From Amphiscolops sp. MND2022 (lineage: Eukaryota), in assembly GCA_964187785.1 (NCBI GenBank), contig OZ076409.1, positions 6,946,001 to 7,010,000 on the forward strand: a stretch of 64,000 bases of DNA, written 5' to 3'. Shown here in pieces: positions 61,485 through 64,000 of the stretch; positions within the stretch are counted from its first letter, which is position 1, and each line of letters opens with the position of its first letter. Made by a program: the position numbers and the translations under genes. A model generated the notes under the pieces. It saw only the letters and a list, made by a program, of their open reading frames with translations, was not told the DNA's origin and did no database searches.

Positions 61485-61933
61485 TATTTCTGCTTTAGCA
61501 GGAATGTTATTGTAACCTCAAACTTTCTACTTTTTTTTTCAGTACAATTTTTCGGACGATACTGAATAATTCAGATATTTTGTTCGGCAGTGACTGTAAG
61601 CGTGGGGAATAAATTTCTCAAGCTGCCGACAAAAATTCAATTCTAGTGCGATGGAACGAGCGAGTGGTAATTATGCATTCGTACGCCAAATTCATTGAGA
61701 TGAAGCGAATGAGTGTTAATTATTTGTTCGTTGAAAGCTTCGCCTGCATTCAAATGCGAATGCGAAACTTCGTCTACGCTTAGTAGTTATATTTTCTTTA
61801 GTCCGAGGACAATTAAAGGCGGTGTAAACTGGTGGTTAATTGTGGGCTATATAAATGATTAAGCTATGCTTCTACTATTGAACATGAAAGTCTAAAAGCA
61901 AAAATAATACTGTGCTTCACGGGGGCCTATTTT
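61485..61933 (+). mobile_element. Helentron-like family F copy
   Basis: ATTTCTGCTTTAGCAGGAAT ... AAAGCAAAAAT...GGGGGCCTATTTT. Confidence 0.8.
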
Positions 61934-62343
61934 TCGTAATTTAAATTACCAAATAATAATAGCGAAATTTCAAATTATCATGTAATTATAAATCAGTGCC
62001 AAATGATTAGTCGATCTTTCAGGTTACTCATTTTTAGATGGAATAAAAGACGCCTTGGAGGAAAACTGCTGGTGATGGTAAATCGAACAGTAATCTTCTT
62101 GCCACTTCACAAAGTCTTGGATTTTTTAAAGTTTTCGACTTGAGAGACTCAAACGCCGTTATATTAGTGTGCAGACACACTTCAAGTCTGAACCGAGCAC
62201 CATTTTATTGACATTCAAATTGACGCGTAATTCAAAATACCGATAATATAAATTATTCTAGTTAAAGCTATATTAAATCAGATAAATAATTCAAATTCCA
62301 TTTAAATTATGAATAAAAATGGACATCACCGGAAAGTACCATA

Positions 62344-62830
62344 CAGTGGCGGCACCTGTTGATGTCATAAAATCAAAGATTCATAAAAACGGAAGGGGAA
62401 GGGCGTAATCTGAATGGTCAAGCAAAGTGCGTGCGTGTTTGTATATTTCTAAAATATCAACTCCATCACTCGAAATGTCAAAATTCAAAACTAAATAGCT
62501 CGCAAACTGTCACAAATGCAAAATTTCGTCAAGTTTGCATCTTTTCTCGATTTTCACAAAGTTAAAAAGATATTCACCCCCAAATCTTCTGAATTTAATC
62601 CTCTCAAATATCGAAAAAAAACTCAAATTTCAAGTAAACTTTCCGTAAGTTTGCAATTTCCAACTTTTCAATATGGGTCGCAGAAATTTCAAACATTTTT
62701 TGTACACTAGATGAAATTATACGAAACTTTCCTAGCTGATAATTTTTGTATTCCTGGCAGCTTTCAAGACATTTGTATATGAAAATGGCAATTTTAAGCA
62801 ATGGAGTTTCGATATTTTAGAACGCTACTG
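62344..62830. mobile_element. Possible Tc1/mariner-type non-autonomous element
   Basis: TA|CAGTGGCG...CGCTACTG|TA; only a short inverted match. Confidence 0.4.
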
Positions 62831-63049
62831 TATGCAAAGCGCATTTTGCATATTTGCGAATAAGGTGGGGGTTACTTAGGCCTCTAACACATCAATATCC
62901 GATAACCTAAAAGTTACCGTGTGTTACCAAATGTTTCTCAATTTCATTGCAGTTAGTTTAGTGGCTCCATGAACTGACCTCTTTGTTCTTTATCGTAATC
63001 GTTCGCATGGCGTTTGGGGATCTTTTCAGAAATCATACTTCTATATGAC

Positions 63050-63365
63050 CAGAGTTTTGACATCGCTAATTTTTTTCGCTAAACCGCTAATTTCAAAATC
63101 GCTGTTTCGCTTAAAAACTTTCTTCAAACTATTAAATGTTTGAATTCAAGAATGTTTCGAATATAAACGATAACCTAATTCAATGTTCGCAAGCGTTTTT
63201 CTTACTCTGTGGGTTTTACAGATGAAGAGTTCAACTCGAAATTTTTCGAAATTCATTTTGAAACTCAGTATATTTTCCGAGTACATTTTGAATTTGAATC
63301 GCTAAAAGAATCGCTGAATAAATTCTGCGCGGCCGCTAAATCGCTGGTTAGCGGTGTTAAAACTG
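63050..63365 (-). mobile_element. hAT-type MITE, family B
   Basis: CAGAGTTTTGACATCGCTA...TAGCGGTGTTAAAACTG; exact TSD TATATGAC. Confidence 0.9.
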
Positions 63366-63503
63366 TATATGACTATGACTAGTGAATTTTGGAAAATATC
63401 ATATGTGAAATGCGAAAAAAAAGAATGACATGTGATAAATATGAAAAGTGGAAATAGTTTCATTTGTTCTAATTGGTCATTCTAGTTCACCTAATTCTTT
63501 TTG

Positions 63504-63844
63504 TTATTTTCCGCCCACATAAATGTGGGAGGAAAATCATAATCTGTGTGGCGTTTTTTTTAACAAATTCTGCCAAATCTCCACTTTATGTATAATCTCC
63601 TGGTGCTTATAAAAAGACGTACCTTTTGTCCTAGCACGCTTTATCCAAACTTTTAACGTTATATACGAAATAAATTGCGTTTTTCTAAGGATGAGACGGA
63701 GGTTGGAAATTATTGCGCTATATCCGAATTTTCGACGTTATATCTGAACTATATTGCATTATACTAAGGAAGATGCGGAGGTTCGAAAACAAGCCATCGC
63801 TTACGAAGGCGGAAAATATCCCGGTGCACAGCGGGCGTCTTGTT
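63504..63844 (+). mobile_element. Helentron-like family G copy 3 with different cargo
   Basis: Same ends as other G copies; interior 63710-63790 is homologous to 38805-38885 inside a family A copy. Confidence 0.8.
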
Positions 63845-64000
63845 AGTAGTTTTCCGTGGTTATTTCGTTGGTTCGTGAAAAGATTGGGGATATTTGTCAA
63901 ATCACGTGACTTCAAATTGACAGCTTCAATCGGAAGTGAACTCATTAGCGGAACTCGATCAGTGGTAATTAGATAGAAATTAACTCTTTCTTGTCACTGC

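Overview
AT-rich eukaryotic DNA, most likely a non-vertebrate animal (species not identifiable from the sequence). It consists almost entirely of nested non-autonomous transposable elements. No intact host gene, rRNA, CRISPR array or autonomous transposon could be supported, and nearly all listed ORFs are incidental frames in repeats. The dominant signal is at least five sequence-distinct families (my labels A, F, G, H, I) with one end architecture: T-run, 5' inverted repeat with hairpin, body, 3' subterminal inverted repeat, short GC hairpin, T-rich end, and no target-site duplication. This matches non-autonomous Helentron/Helitron2 (HINE/DINE-1-like) elements. These families share internal modules, nest in each other and in themselves, and repeatedly carry different tRNA-derived (Pol III A/B-box) cassettes. 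Also present: five hAT-type families with 8-bp TSDs (three with transposase remnants), a piggyBac-type MITE (single copy plus a 716-bp-period triplet), GG-terminal 8-bp-TSD MITEs with a 298-bp inverted duplication, Tc1/pogo MITEs, foldback-like elements, two tRNA-head SINEs and decayed LINE fragments. Coordinates were read by eye; element ends in T-runs are uncertain by a few bases.
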